A stretch of 64,000 bases of DNA from Halarcobacter sp. (lineage in GTDB: Bacteria > Campylobacterota > Campylobacteria > Campylobacterales > Arcobacteraceae): positions 2,016,001 to 2,080,000 of the forward strand of contig CP182352.1 in NCBI GenBank assembly GCA_048571215.1, in the 5' to 3' direction. The stretch's first letter is position 1. Each line of letters begins with the position of its first letter. This document shows, one piece after another, positions 31,210-41,742 of this stretch. A model generated the notes under the pieces. It saw only the letters and a program-made list of their open reading frames with translations. It was not told the origin of the DNA and searched no databases. Made by a program: the position numbers and the translations under genes.

Positions 31210-32244
31210 TTATTTGCCCTTTGAAGCTTGGATTTTATTTACATACTCATATGTAATTGGAATTTTCTTTTGTTTTGGCAAAGAGTTTGCTAATGATACA
31301 AAAATGGTATTAAAATCTTCAAATAGATAATTTGCCATAGACCCAGGTATTGGGTTTATCTCATTTAAATACACCTCATCATCTTGAACAAAAAAATCAC
31401 ATCTTATTAGTGCACCTTCAAAAGTTGTATTGTAGATATTTTTAAAAGCATTTTCGATTTTCTCTTCCATTTGTCCACTTATATCTGCTTTTAGTGCTGT
31501 TGAAGTTCTGGCAAAATCTAAATACTTTTTATCAAAGTCTAAAAACTCTGCTTTTTGTGGCTCTTCTATAATAGAAAATTTAAACTCACCATTGACTTTA
31601 CATCCAGCTAGATTGTACTCTTTAATTCCAGAGATAAAAGGTTCAATTATAACAGCATTATCAAACTCAAAGGCTACATCAAGAGCATATTGTAACTCCT
31701 CTTGTGATTTTACAATTGATACTCCTATAGAACTTCCTAAGGTAACAGGTTTTACAATAACTGGATATTGTTCAACTATTACCTCGTCCTCTTTTGTAAA
31801 ATATTTAAAATCAACCGTTTTTACACCTAAACTATTTGCATAACCTTTTGTTAAAAACTTATTAAAACTTACACTACAAGCACCTTTTCTAGGGCCTACA
31901 TAAGGTATATTATAAAACTCAAAAAGTGAAGCTAAAAGCCCATCTTCACCATCTGCTCCATGGGTAATATTTAAAACGACATCTATATCAAGCTTTTTTT
32001 CTGAAAACATAGATTTTTTAATAAAAGAATCTTTCTTTAAAATTAAAAGATCACATTTTTTATATTCACCACTACTAAATAATTTTGATTTGATAATATT
32101 TGTTGGAATATGATAAAAATCTCTGTTTTGATCACAAAAAATATATACTAGTTCATCTTTTAAAACATCTTTCATTGCAATTGCAGAAACTATTGAAATC
32201 TCATGTTCATATGAAACTGCCCCAAAAACAATACCTATTTTCAA
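31210..32244 (-). CDS. ddl: D-alanine--D-alanine ligase
   Basis: SYEHEISIVSA, HGADGEDG, LGSSIGV, NEINPIPG. Confidence 0.95.
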   Translation of the reverse strand: MKIGIVFGAVSYEHEISIVSAIAMKDVLKDELVYIFCDQNRDFYHIPTNIIKSKLFSSGEYKKCDLLILKKDSFIKKSMFSEKKLDIDVVLNITHGADGEDGLLASLFEFYNIPYVGPRKGACSVSFNKFLTKGYANSLGVKTVDFKYFTKEDEVIVEQYPVIVKPVTLGSSIGVSIVKSQEELQYALDVAFEFDNAVIIEPFISGIKEYNLAGCKVNGEFKFSIIEEPQKAEFLDFDKKYLDFARTSTALKADISGQMEEKIENAFKNIYNTTFEGALIRCDFFVQDDEVYLNEINPIPGSMANYLFEDFNTIFVSLANSLPKQKKIPITYEYVNKIQASKGK

Positions 32245-32346
32245 ATTTTTCTCCTTTTAATCTCTAACTTACAAAGAGACTATAACTTCTATGTTTTCTA
32301 TCTTCTATTAAATAAAGAATATTTGTTTACTTTATATTATGATTAT

Positions 32347-32907
32347 CTATTTTTGTAATTTTTTAAGTGCTTCTCTAACCAACTCACTAGTATTTGTTGC
32401 ATTACAGGTTTTTAATACTTTTGAAATAACATCTTTCTTGAATCCCAAAGACTCCAATGCCAAAGAAGCTTCTAAAGACGAAGATACATCTTCTCCATCC
32501 TCTTCAACACCATCAATAATAAAGCCAGAGAGTTCTACAAGTATTCTACTTGCACCTTTGGGACCAATTCCAGGAACTCTTTTTAACATAGATACATCAT
32601 TTGAACTAACTATTTGTGCAAATGAACCTGGAGTAAAGGTTGAGCATATAGCAAGTGCTACTTTAGGACCAACTCCATTTATCTTAATAACAGTATCAAA
32701 TAATTTTTTTTCATTGGAATCTAAAAAACCATATAAAGATTGAGAATCTTCTCTTATTATATGTGTTATATATAACTTTATCTTATTATTAGTTATTTTT
32801 GAACTACAATTAACTGATACAAAAACTTCGTATATAACTCCACTCACATTAATGTTTAGTAGAGTTGGCTCCTTTTTCTCAATATTACCTTCTAAACCTA
32901 CAATCAT
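32347..32907 (-). CDS. ruvA: Holliday junction branch migration protein RuvA
   Basis: [27 protein letters not shown]. Start moved to ATG 32907. Confidence 0.95.
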   Translation of the reverse strand: MIVGLEGNIEKKEPTLLNINVSGVIYEVFVSVNCSSKITNNKIKLYITHIIREDSQSLYGFLDSNEKKLFDTVIKINGVGPKVALAICSTFTPGSFAQIVSSNDVSMLKRVPGIGPKGASRILVELSGFIIDGVEEDGEDVSSSLEASLALESLGFKKDVISKVLKTCNATNTSELVREALKKLQK

Positions 32908-33017
32908 AACTGTTACTCTAACTTCAAATATATTTTTATAAATTTTATTAATCTTTAATATACAATAAATAATATTCATTATATAATAATCAAACTTAAA
33001 GAATAAGGGTTGAATTA

Positions 33018-35207
33018 ATGTTTAAATTAATTACAAAAAAAATAAGTAATAAAATAATAGTTTCACTATTTATACTTATGTCGCTATCTAGTTTAATTAT
33101 AACATATTTTACTACAAAACAAGTAGAGAAAGACTCTATAATCTCTACAAAAGCCAACCTTGATATGCTAAATACAGCAATGTTTCAAAGTCTTAGAAAT
33201 GCTATGAATACAGGTGATCCTGCTCAAATAAAAAAAGCTGAAGATGAAGCAAAAACTATAAAAGGTGTAAAACATTTAACAGTTGCAAAAAGTAAATCAC
33301 TAATAGAAATGTATGCACCAGAAACAAAATATACAACAGATAAAGATATCTTAAAATCATTTAAAACGAAAAAAAATCAAATCTTAGAATATGACAAAAA
33401 TAATGGTCATGAGTTAAGGATGATTAAGCCAATGATTGCTTCACAAGAGTGTTTAATGTGTCATGCAAATCAACAAGTTGGTGATGTAATTGGAGTATTT
33501 GATTTAACTTTTTCTTTAGATGAATCTGATGATAGAATTGGTCAATTGGTTATTGATATTTTAACACTTTCAACAATATTTGGTTGGATTACTATTGGAC
33601 TAATATTTTTTATTGTTAAAAAAGCCACAAACCCTATTGGTACACTTAAAAAAGGTTTTGAGAACTTACTAACTTCAAATGATTCTAACATTAAACTAGA
33701 AGTTACATCTAAAGATGAGATTGGTGAAGTTGCAGCTTTATTTAACTCTTATATGGATAAAGTCAGAGATGGTTTAAAACAAGATGAAAGAGTTATTGAA
33801 GAAGCAAATGATATTTTAGAAAAAACTGGAAATGGTTTCTTTGTATATCAGGTTAGTTCAACAGCTGCTAATCCATATGTTGAAGATTTAAAAAATAAAC
33901 TTAACACAATGATAAATCATACAAAAGAGACTTTAGATAAGATAAACAATACTCTTAAAAACTATGCTGAATCAAAATTTGATTATAAAATAGATGATAC
34001 AGGTATTTATGGTGACTTAGGTTCACTAACAGCTGGAATTAAATTGGTTGGGAATAACACTTCTGAAATTTTAGCAATGATTATGAATACTGGTGATTCA
34101 TTAAATCAAAATACACAAACTTTATCAGAAGCATCAAATAATCTATCTACATCATCAAATCAACAAGCAGCTTCTTTAGAAGAGACTGCTGCTGCTTTGG
34201 AACAAATAACTGGTAATATTCAAGGAAATACACAAGCATCAACACAGATGGCAAACCTAGCAAATGAAGTAACTTCATCTGCAAAAAATGGTCAAGACCT
34301 TGCAAATAAAACTGCAACAGCAATGGATGAGATAAATACACAAGTAAGTTCTATAAATGAAGCTATTGAAATGATTGATCAAATTGCATTCCAAACTAAT
34401 ATTCTTTCACTAAATGCTGCTGTTGAAGCTGCAACTGCAGGTGAAGCAGGTAAAGGCTTTGCTGTTGTAGCACAAGAAGTTAGAAACCTTGCAAGTAGAA
34501 GTGCAGAGGCTGCCAAAGAGATTAAAAATATCGTTGAAAAAGCTACAAGTAAAGCAAATGATGGAAAAGAAATTTCTGATAATATGATTAAAGGATATTC
34601 AGAACTTAATAAGAATATTGAGTTAACAATTGAAAAAATAGAGTATGTGGCAAATGCTTCAAAAGAGCAAGAAAAAGGTATCACTCAAATCAATGATGCA
34701 GTTAACCTACTAGACCAAGCTACACAAAAAAATGCACAAACTGCAGATCAAATTTCAATAATGTCTACACAAATTGCAGATATGTCTAATTCTCTTGTAA
34801 CAGCTGCTTCTAGAGCTAGCTTTTTACAAGATGCTAGAGAAGAGGTTTGTAATGTAGACTTAGTATATGATACTGCTAAATTAAAAGTAAATGTACTTGA
34901 AGTAAAAGATAAAGTATATTCTAAACTTGGTGATTTCAAAAAATGGAATAGTACAAGTTGTGAAGCAATGAATAGTTGGATTGAAGAATATACTGAGATT
35001 AATCCAGATACAAACTATGATTCTCTTGATGAATTAAAAGTTTTAAATGTTAACCTAAAAACAAAACTGCAAGCTTTGATTGATGCAAATGCAAATAAAG
35101 AATCAAATGAAACCTTAAATGAAAAAGCAAAAGATCTAGAGGGTGAAACCCTTAAAATCTTTGCAGCATTAAACAAACTAAAAAAAGATGCATGTAGCCA
35201 AAACTAA
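33018..35207 (+). CDS. Methyl-accepting chemotaxis protein with periplasmic CxxCH motif
   Basis: Two TM segments, [25 protein letters not shown]...[12 protein letters not shown]. Confidence 0.93.
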   Translation: MFKLITKKISNKIIVSLFILMSLSSLIITYFTTKQVEKDSIISTKANLDMLNTAMFQSLRNAMNTGDPAQIKKAEDEAKTIKGVKHLTVAKSKSLIEMYAPETKYTTDKDILKSFKTKKNQILEYDKNNGHELRMIKPMIASQECLMCHANQQVGDVIGVFDLTFSLDESDDRIGQLVIDILTLSTIFGWITIGLIFFIVKKATNPIGTLKKGFENLLTSNDSNIKLEVTSKDEIGEVAALFNSYMDKVRDGLKQDERVIEEANDILEKTGNGFFVYQVSSTAANPYVEDLKNKLNTMINHTKETLDKINNTLKNYAESKFDYKIDDTGIYGDLGSLTAGIKLVGNNTSEILAMIMNTGDSLNQNTQTLSEASNNLSTSSNQQAASLEETAAALEQITGNIQGNTQASTQMANLANEVTSSAKNGQDLANKTATAMDEINTQVSSINEAIEMIDQIAFQTNILSLNAAVEAATAGEAGKGFAVVAQEVRNLASRSAEAAKEIKNIVEKATSKANDGKEISDNMIKGYSELNKNIELTIEKIEYVANASKEQEKGITQINDAVNLLDQATQKNAQTADQISIMSTQIADMSNSLVTAASRASFLQDAREEVCNVDLVYDTAKLKVNVLEVKDKVYSKLGDFKKWNSTSCEAMNSWIEEYTEINPDTNYDSLDELKVLNVNLKTKLQALIDANANKESNETLNEKAKDLEGETLKIFAALNKLKKDACSQN

Positions 35208-35220
35208 AGAGAATCTCTTT

Positions 35221-35577
35221 TTAGTTTTGCATGCTCTTGATTAATTCCTCTAACTCTTCATCACTAACAATATCTTCTTTATCACCAGCAATAAATTTAG
35301 CTGATGAAGCAAGACCAAAATTACTCACATCAATATCATTTCTTTGACATACATGATTTACAACTCTTTCTATCTTTTGTCTATGTAAATCTTGGTGTTG
35401 AAGTAAGCCAAATGAACTAGAGATTATATCATGGATTTTTTTTAACTCATGAGACGGTACATCAAGTTTTTCAAGTGAAGAATCAATGCTCTCCAAGTTT
35501 TCATATATGTTAATTGCATTTTTTTCTGATTCTTTTATAACATCACATAACTCTTTTATAAGCTCTTCATAAGTCAT
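35221..35577 (-). CDS. Small CheZ-like chemotaxis phosphatase
   Basis: LQHQDLHRQKIERV (DxxxQ) and acidic C-terminal helix SDEELEELI. Confidence 0.6.
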   Translation of the reverse strand: MTYEELIKELCDVIKESEKNAINIYENLESIDSSLEKLDVPSHELKKIHDIISSSFGLLQHQDLHRQKIERVVNHVCQRNDIDVSNFGLASSAKFIAGDKEDIVSDEELEELIKSMQN

Positions 35578-35669
35578 TTTTTTATCCCTTATTTAAAATA
35601 ATAATTATTTTAACTTATTTTAACTTAACAAATTAAGCTATATATAATAAAATTTTAAACTTTTTCTAA

Positions 35670-36734
35670 TCAATGGATAATTTCTGATATAAACTCAGTG
35701 GCATATGAACCTTTTGGTAAAGTAAATTGTAACTCCATCCAGTTTTTATCATCTTTATAGTTTGATTCTATATCTTGGGGAAATATCCAGGCAAATCTTC
35801 TTGCACCATCCTCTGTTAGTTCTCTATCAAACTCTTTTTCTATTGTTTGCGCTAAATCAACAGATCTTTTAACTCTTCTTCCACATAAAAGTCCTGTTGG
35901 AACCCTATCTTTTTCAAAAAACTTTAATGACTCAGCTTCTAAATCTTCCACATGAAAAATTTTTCCAAATGGGTAATGACTCATTAAATCACCAGGAACA
36001 AGCTTAAAAGGGTGCGCTTGCTTTTTCATCACTTTTACAACATCCAAAGGTAGATTTAATTTTTCATAAATCTCTTTTGGTTCAAAAGCATCAACTAATT
36101 TTGATATCTCTATTCTATTTGATAACCAAGAATTAAATAAATAACTTTGATATGAATTGATATACATCTGCTTTAGTTTTCTATTTTTCTCTTTTAGTTC
36201 ACCTTTAACTATAGCTTCACCCTTTTTATAATTGTCACCTTCTATTCCAAATCTTTGAAACCCAAAATAATTTGGCATACCATAAGTTGCTAGATGTGAT
36301 AAAACCTCTTCAATTTTTTTTGCTTCAACTTTTTTAACAAGTTTCAATCTAATAAAAAACTTATTACCTTTTAGGTGCCCTACTCTAATCTTATTGTTAT
36401 GTCTAGTTGTTTCTAAAATCTTGATTTTTTCATGGGAAAAATTTGATAACTTATCTTCAACACTTTTAGGTAAAGATATATGCTGAATTGTCATTGCATT
36501 TTTATCTTTCAAGCCTGCATAACCTATATCTCTAGATTTACATCCCAACTGTTCAGAAAATATCTGTACAGCATCCCAAGTTGTAAGTTCTTTTTTTCTA
36601 AACTTTATAATAATATGTTCACCCTCTCCACTAAATTCATATAATGGGATTTCTGTTACTACAAAATCATCTTTTGTTTGTTTAAATAGTACATCAATTT
36701 TAGAGTGAGTCAAATACTTTTGTAAATTTTCCAA
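35670..36734 (-). CDS. truD: tRNA pseudouridine(13) synthase
   Basis: GYAGLKDKNAMTIQ, PNYFGFQRFG, LPKGSYAT. Confidence 0.96.
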   Translation of the reverse strand: MENLQKYLTHSKIDVLFKQTKDDFVVTEIPLYEFSGEGEHIIIKFRKKELTTWDAVQIFSEQLGCKSRDIGYAGLKDKNAMTIQHISLPKSVEDKLSNFSHEKIKILETTRHNNKIRVGHLKGNKFFIRLKLVKKVEAKKIEEVLSHLATYGMPNYFGFQRFGIEGDNYKKGEAIVKGELKEKNRKLKQMYINSYQSYLFNSWLSNRIEISKLVDAFEPKEIYEKLNLPLDVVKVMKKQAHPFKLVPGDLMSHYPFGKIFHVEDLEAESLKFFEKDRVPTGLLCGRRVKRSVDLAQTIEKEFDRELTEDGARRFAWIFPQDIESNYKDDKNWMELQFTLPKGSYATEFISEIIH

Positions 36735-36775
36735 TAATTTTCCTTTTTAAAATAGAACAAAGTTCACTTTTTTAT

Positions 36776-37603
36776 TTATTCAAAATGGTGATTTTTACAA
36801 TCACACTTATATTTACCTTTTATTGCTTTGGCAAAGATATTTAATCTTACATTATGTTTTTTTGCAATAGCTTTGATTTTTGCTTCATATTTTTTATTAA
36901 AACTAAACAAAAGTTCATACTCTTCCCCTGAACAACCTATATTTTTATCAATATTATAAAAAAATTCAAAACCAAGCTTACTACTTTTTGAGAGTCTTTC
37001 AAGTTCAAAAAATAAACCATCTGAGATATCCATAGAAGCATTAACATACTTTGAAACCTCATAAAAAAAATTTCCTTTTAATTTAGGTTCTATAAATTTT
37101 GATTTTTTAGATATTACACCACCTTTTAACAAGGTATTTAAATCCCTTTTACAAGTACCTAAACTACCTGTATAGCATACTAAATCATCTTTTTTTACAC
37201 CTGATCTAAGTTTTGGTTTTTTGCTTTTTGAGATAATAGTTATACTAATATCAAGTTTTACATTTGATATTGTATCTCCACCAATAATTTCAAGACCAAA
37301 CTCTTTTGCTGTATCATTAAAACCTTTTGATAGAGATTTTAAATCTTTTTTTGTAAAATATTTAGGAATTGCAACACTAAGTAGTGCATATTTTGGTTTT
37401 GCATTCATAGCAATAGCATCTGAGATATTGACTAACATAGCTTTTCTAGCTATTTCATATAAACTCATCCACTCTTTTTTAAAATGGATATTCTCAAAAA
37501 AAGCATCCATACTATAAATATACTTTCCAACAACTGCACCATCATCACCGATAATCTTTGAAGTTTTATCAAACTGTTTTATAAAAAAATCCTCTTTATT
37601 CAT
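36776..37603 (-). CDS. thiL: Thiamine-phosphate kinase
   Basis: IGDDGAV, NISDAIAM, IIGGDT, DISDGL. Confidence 0.92.
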   Translation of the reverse strand: MNKEDFFIKQFDKTSKIIGDDGAVVGKYIYSMDAFFENIHFKKEWMSLYEIARKAMLVNISDAIAMNAKPKYALLSVAIPKYFTKKDLKSLSKGFNDTAKEFGLEIIGGDTISNVKLDISITIISKSKKPKLRSGVKKDDLVCYTGSLGTCKRDLNTLLKGGVISKKSKFIEPKLKGNFFYEVSKYVNASMDISDGLFFELERLSKSSKLGFEFFYNIDKNIGCSGEEYELLFSFNKKYEAKIKAIAKKHNVRLNIFAKAIKGKYKCDCKNHHFE

Positions 37604-37736
37604 GGCGTAATATTATCATAAATCTACTTTGTTTTCTGATTTTTAACTTAAAACTTTATTTTAGGATAAATATTATCCCATATTATTTAAAAAAATGTAG
37701 GTATAATACAGTAATTTTATTTTAAGGAGATTTATA

Positions 37737-38123
37737 ATGCCAAAGATTAACAAATATGTTGATATCGATACTGTTGAAAGAGAAGCAAAGAAAGATTTGA
37801 TTGATAGACACTCACCTTTCATCCACTGTGCAGAAACTGCAAAGCAAGGAGAGCCATTTGAGGTAACTGTAAAAATGGGTAACGAATATACTCATCCAGA
37901 TGATTTTGATCACTATATTGAGTCTGTTTCATTATTTAATGGAGAAACATTATTAGCAAAAGCTAGTTATGTTCCAGGTACATTAGGAAATGTTAAAGCT
38001 CATAATACTACAACATTTACTATTATCCCAACTGGTAAAAAACTTAACCTAGTAGCTCATGGTTACTGTACAAAACATGGTATCTGGGAAGGTACACCTG
38101 TAGAAGTAGCTGTAGAAGCTTAA
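37737..38123 (+). CDS. Superoxide reductase-like (class II SORL/desulfoferrodoxin) protein
   Basis: HSP...HP...HYI...YCTKHGIWE iron ligands. Confidence 0.85.
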   Translation: MPKINKYVDIDTVEREAKKDLIDRHSPFIHCAETAKQGEPFEVTVKMGNEYTHPDDFDHYIESVSLFNGETLLAKASYVPGTLGNVKAHNTTTFTIIPTGKKLNLVAHGYCTKHGIWEGTPVEVAVEA

Positions 38124-38144
38124 TCTATACATACCCTAATTTCG

Positions 38145-38180
38145 AAAAGGTAGAAGCTTTTTAAGCTTTTGCCTTTTTTT
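38145..38180 (+). terminator. Intrinsic terminator
   Basis: AAAAGGTAGAAGCTT/AAGCTTTTGCCTTTT stem with T tail. Confidence 0.8.
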
Positions 38181-38336
38181 ATTTTCTTGACTTCAGAAAA
38201 ACAACTATTTAAACTATCTATATATTGGAATTACTCCAAACTTCTAACTTCTTATATTTTGTTTTGTAAAATATTTCATAATAAAACAAGGTAAATTTAT
38301 GCATAATGTATCTATAAATCAAATTAAGGGAAAAAA

Positions 38337-38594
38337 ATGAAAAGATATATCATACTTTTAATGATTCCAGCAGCTTTCTTATTAGCTTCAAGTAAAAAAA
38401 ACTTTGGTGGTTGTGTAGAACAAAAACTTAATGAAAGAACAAGTCTATATTCTTGTCCACAAGCTCTTTTAGAGGTTACATTCAATATTAAACGTACAGG
38501 CAATGGATATGTTAGAGAACAAGATGAATCTCCAACTATAAAAATTTTGTCAGAAACAAAAGCTCAAATTATTAAAGTAAATGAAAAAAGATAG
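38337..38594 (+). CDS. Small exported hypothetical protein
   Basis: 85 aa, signal-like N-terminus, two Cys, AAGGG RBS. Confidence 0.6.
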   Translation: MKRYIILLMIPAAFLLASSKKNFGGCVEQKLNERTSLYSCPQALLEVTFNIKRTGNGYVREQDESPTIKILSETKAQIIKVNEKR

Positions 38595-38648
38595 TTTTAT
38601 AAAAATAAGATTTAGTTATTTAGAATTAATATAGAATATTTTAAGAAC

Positions 38649-38674
38649 AAATAGAAGACTCTAGTCTTCTATTT
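38649..38674. terminator. Bidirectional terminator-like hairpin between convergent genes
   Basis: AAATAGAAGACT-CT-AGTCTTCTATTT. Confidence 0.65.
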
Positions 38675-38677
38675 TAT

Positions 38678-38998
38678 TTATTGAAATTTAGTTTTTATAA
38701 AAGAACAACAATAATCAACTAAAGAAGTCACTTTTAGTTTATATTTACTATTTTGATCAATCTCAATTTCGGCTGGTGCAACATATTCTGCCCAATCTTC
38801 CGCTGGTAACATAATCTCTAATGTTCCTGAATTAATATGTAAAATTGTTTTATTTACTGTATTTAATTCATACTCACCTGGTAATATAATACCTAGTGTT
38901 TTTTTACTTCCATCTTCAAAAGTGATACTTCTACTTGTAATATTTCCATCATATAAAATGTTAGCTTGCTTTGCAATAGAGATATTAGTAAACTCCAT
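38678..38998 (-). CDS. ppnP: Pyrimidine/purine nucleoside phosphorylase family
   Basis: YDGNITSRSITFEDGSKKTLGIILPGEY, DYCCSF. Confidence 0.85.
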   Translation of the reverse strand: MEFTNISIAKQANILYDGNITSRSITFEDGSKKTLGIILPGEYELNTVNKTILHINSGTLEIMLPAEDWAEYVAPAEIEIDQNSKYKLKVTSLVDYCCSFIKTKFQ

Positions 38999-39120
38999 TA
39001 GTCTTCCCTTTTTCTTTTTAATTTGAAGTATTCTACCATAAATATTATTTGAAGCAAATATCTAATTTTAATTTGTTATAATTTTTTGTAAATAAAATCA
39101 ATAAAAGTGCAAAAGGTAAT

Positions 39121-39738
39121 ATGCAAGGTTACATTATAGATATAAAAGCAGTAAAAGATGATGATTTGATAGTAGTAATACTAACAGAGAGTCACATCTA
39201 TACAACATATAGATTTTATGGAGCTAGACACTCAAACATAAATATAGGCTATAAAATTGATTTTGAATTAGAATCCAACCTTAAAAGTTCAATTCCAAGA
39301 CTAAAAGATGTTATTCAACTAGGATTTCAATGGATTTTTGATACAGAAAAACTATATTGTTGGCAAAGATATATAAAACTTTTTTATCCCCATTTAAAAG
39401 ATGTTGAGATAGTTGATGACTTTTATTTTAAACACTTAGATAGATTAACTCACAAAATGATAAAACAAAGTCCTAAAAGAGCTATTTGTAAAAGTTATCT
39501 AAAACTTTTACAATTTGAAGGTAGATTACATACTGAATTTAATTGTTTTTTATGTGAACAAGATATAAATGATGATATCTCTTTGGTTAGAAGTTTTATG
39601 CCAGTACATGCTAGTTGTACCTATAGTAGAAGTTTTGAATTTGAAAAAATACAAGATCTATTTTTAAATAAAAATATAATCAATCTTGAAGATGATGAGA
39701 TTGATTACTTATGGAATATACTACTTCAAGGATTATAG
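39121..39738 (+). CDS. recO: Recombination protein RecO (Campylobacterota type)
   Basis: MQGYI, YRFYGARHS, GYKIDFE, FEGRLH, CFLC. Confidence 0.88.
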   Translation: MQGYIIDIKAVKDDDLIVVILTESHIYTTYRFYGARHSNINIGYKIDFELESNLKSSIPRLKDVIQLGFQWIFDTEKLYCWQRYIKLFYPHLKDVEIVDDFYFKHLDRLTHKMIKQSPKRAICKSYLKLLQFEGRLHTEFNCFLCEQDINDDISLVRSFMPVHASCTYSRSFEFEKIQDLFLNKNIINLEDDEIDYLWNILLQGL

Positions 39739-39741
39739 TTA

Positions 39742-40554
39742 TTACTCATCTAGTAGTCTATCTTGTAGTTTAATAATAGCTTTTTGCAAACTTTCATAAT
39801 CAAGATTATACTCTTTTGCTTTTTTTAAACCTTCTTGAATATTTTTTTCACTTAAGGGGTCTATTATATTACATATAGTTTTTACAACATTTAAGATTTT
39901 TACTTTTTTTAGAATATTAGTATCTGTACACTCTTGTGGATTGTCCACATATTTTATAAGATTTATTAGATTGTTGCTTAATTGCCAATGTTCAAAAATG
40001 GCAGCAGTAACCTCAGCACTTGTCATATTTATAAAATTTTTTTCAACTTTAACTAAAGGCTTACCTTCTCTTATTTGTTTTTTAAATTCTTCTGCATCTT
40101 CATTACTCTCAACAATATCAGCAATAATAAACTTTCCAGTTTCTTGAAGAAGTGCAGGTAATACCAACTCCTCTTTAAGTTCATTTTTAAACCATAAAGA
40201 GACTAAACCAGATGAGAGATTTGAAGCTTTCATAAAGTCATCAGTATTGATAAGATATATAGATAAGTCACATCTTAAAAGATTGTTTATAGTTGAACTT
40301 ATAATTATGGAGATAGTAAAATTGATACCTAATAAATCTATTGCTTTACTTACAGTCTCAACTTTGCTTCTAAAACCAAACATTGCTGAGTTGGATATTT
40401 TTAATAGTGTAGATACAATCAATGCATCTTTTTCAACTATAGATACAAGCTCAGAAGATTCTTTATTTGGTTTATTTCTAAACTTTTCTATTTGTTCAAT
40501 AGTTTTAGGTAAAGGTGATATTGATTCAACTTTTTCAATGATATTATCTCTCAT
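39742..40554 (-). CDS. HDOD domain protein
   Basis: LLKISNSAMFGF, ALLQETGK, IFEHWQL. Confidence 0.88.
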   Translation of the reverse strand: MRDNIIEKVESISPLPKTIEQIEKFRNKPNKESSELVSIVEKDALIVSTLLKISNSAMFGFRSKVETVSKAIDLLGINFTISIIISSTINNLLRCDLSIYLINTDDFMKASNLSSGLVSLWFKNELKEELVLPALLQETGKFIIADIVESNEDAEEFKKQIREGKPLVKVEKNFINMTSAEVTAAIFEHWQLSNNLINLIKYVDNPQECTDTNILKKVKILNVVKTICNIIDPLSEKNIQEGLKKAKEYNLDYESLQKAIIKLQDRLLDE

Positions 40555-40574
40555 ATTTTATACCTTAATAAATT

Positions 40575-41678
40575 TTATGTATTGAATCTAAAATGCATTA
40601 CATCACCATCTTTAACGATGTATTCCTTTCCTTCAAGTCTAAGTTTTCCAGCCTCTTTACATTTAGCTTCACCCCCAAGTGAAACAAAATCTTCATATGA
40701 AATAACCTCAGCTTTGATAAAACCTTTTTCAAAGTCATTATGTATTACAGCTGCTGCTTGTGGAGCTTTAGTATTTTTTCTAATAGTCCATGCTCTAACT
40801 TCAACTTTCCCTGCTGTGAAATATGATTGTAAACCTAACTTATCAAAGGCTTTATGGATAATTTGCTCTAAACCTGATTCTTCTACACCTAAATCAGTTA
40901 AGAACTCTATTGCTTCATCATCTTCTAAACCAACAAGTTCCTCTTCTATTTTAGCACAAAGCATAATCACATCAGCATCAACTTCACTTGCATGGGCTTT
41001 TAACTCATCAACATATTTATTTCCACCATCAGCTAAAGAGTCTTCATCAACATTTGCTCCATAAATCACATCTTTATTTGATAAAAATCTAAGCTCTTTA
41101 TCAAGTGAAATAAATAAATCATTCTCTTTATCTTCATATGTCTTAACAGGTTGTAACTCTTCAACATGTTTATATAAATCTTCAGCTACAACTAACATAG
41201 CAGCGGCTTCTTTAGAACCTTTTGATTGTTTTTTCAATCTTTCAATTTTCTTTTCAAGTTGAGTAATATCTGCATAAATCAATTCAGTTTCAATAATCTC
41301 AATATCTCTTAAAGGGTTTACATCACCTTCCACATGAACGATATTTCCATCTTCAAAACATCTAACCATATGTAAGATAACTTCAACTTCTCTAATATTT
41401 GATAAAAATTGATTTCCTAAACCTTCACCCTTACTTGCACCTCTAACTAAACCAGCAATATCAACAAAATCTATTGTTGAGTGTTGAATTTTATCTGGAA
41501 TTACAATTTTTGCTAATTCATCTAATCTTTTATCAGGAACTGGAACTATCGCTTTATTTGGTTCAATCGTACAAAATGGATAGTTTTGAGCCTCCGCATT
41601 TTGTGCTTTTGTCAATGCATTAAAAGTTGTTGATTTTCCTACATTTGGTAATCCTACTATACCTACACCTAAACCCAT
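40575..41678 (-). CDS. ychF: Ribosome-associated ATPase YchF
   Basis: GLPNVGKSTTFNALT, NYPFCTIEPN, DIAGLV. Confidence 0.97.
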   Translation of the reverse strand: MGLGVGIVGLPNVGKSTTFNALTKAQNAEAQNYPFCTIEPNKAIVPVPDKRLDELAKIVIPDKIQHSTIDFVDIAGLVRGASKGEGLGNQFLSNIREVEVILHMVRCFEDGNIVHVEGDVNPLRDIEIIETELIYADITQLEKKIERLKKQSKGSKEAAAMLVVAEDLYKHVEELQPVKTYEDKENDLFISLDKELRFLSNKDVIYGANVDEDSLADGGNKYVDELKAHASEVDADVIMLCAKIEEELVGLEDDEAIEFLTDLGVEESGLEQIIHKAFDKLGLQSYFTAGKVEVRAWTIRKNTKAPQAAAVIHNDFEKGFIKAEVISYEDFVSLGGEAKCKEAGKLRLEGKEYIVKDGDVMHFRFNT

Positions 41679-41742
41679 TATTAACCTTTTTTATGTTTTA
41701 AATTTGTTGGGATAATACCCTTATTTTCATTAATATACAAAT

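Noticed and set aside
40582..41064. 160-aa ORF antisense to ychF (similar cases at 32339-32743 and 58909-59313)
   Set aside because: They fully overlap conserved genes on the other strand, and their Ser/Phe-rich composition is typical of reverse-frame artefacts.
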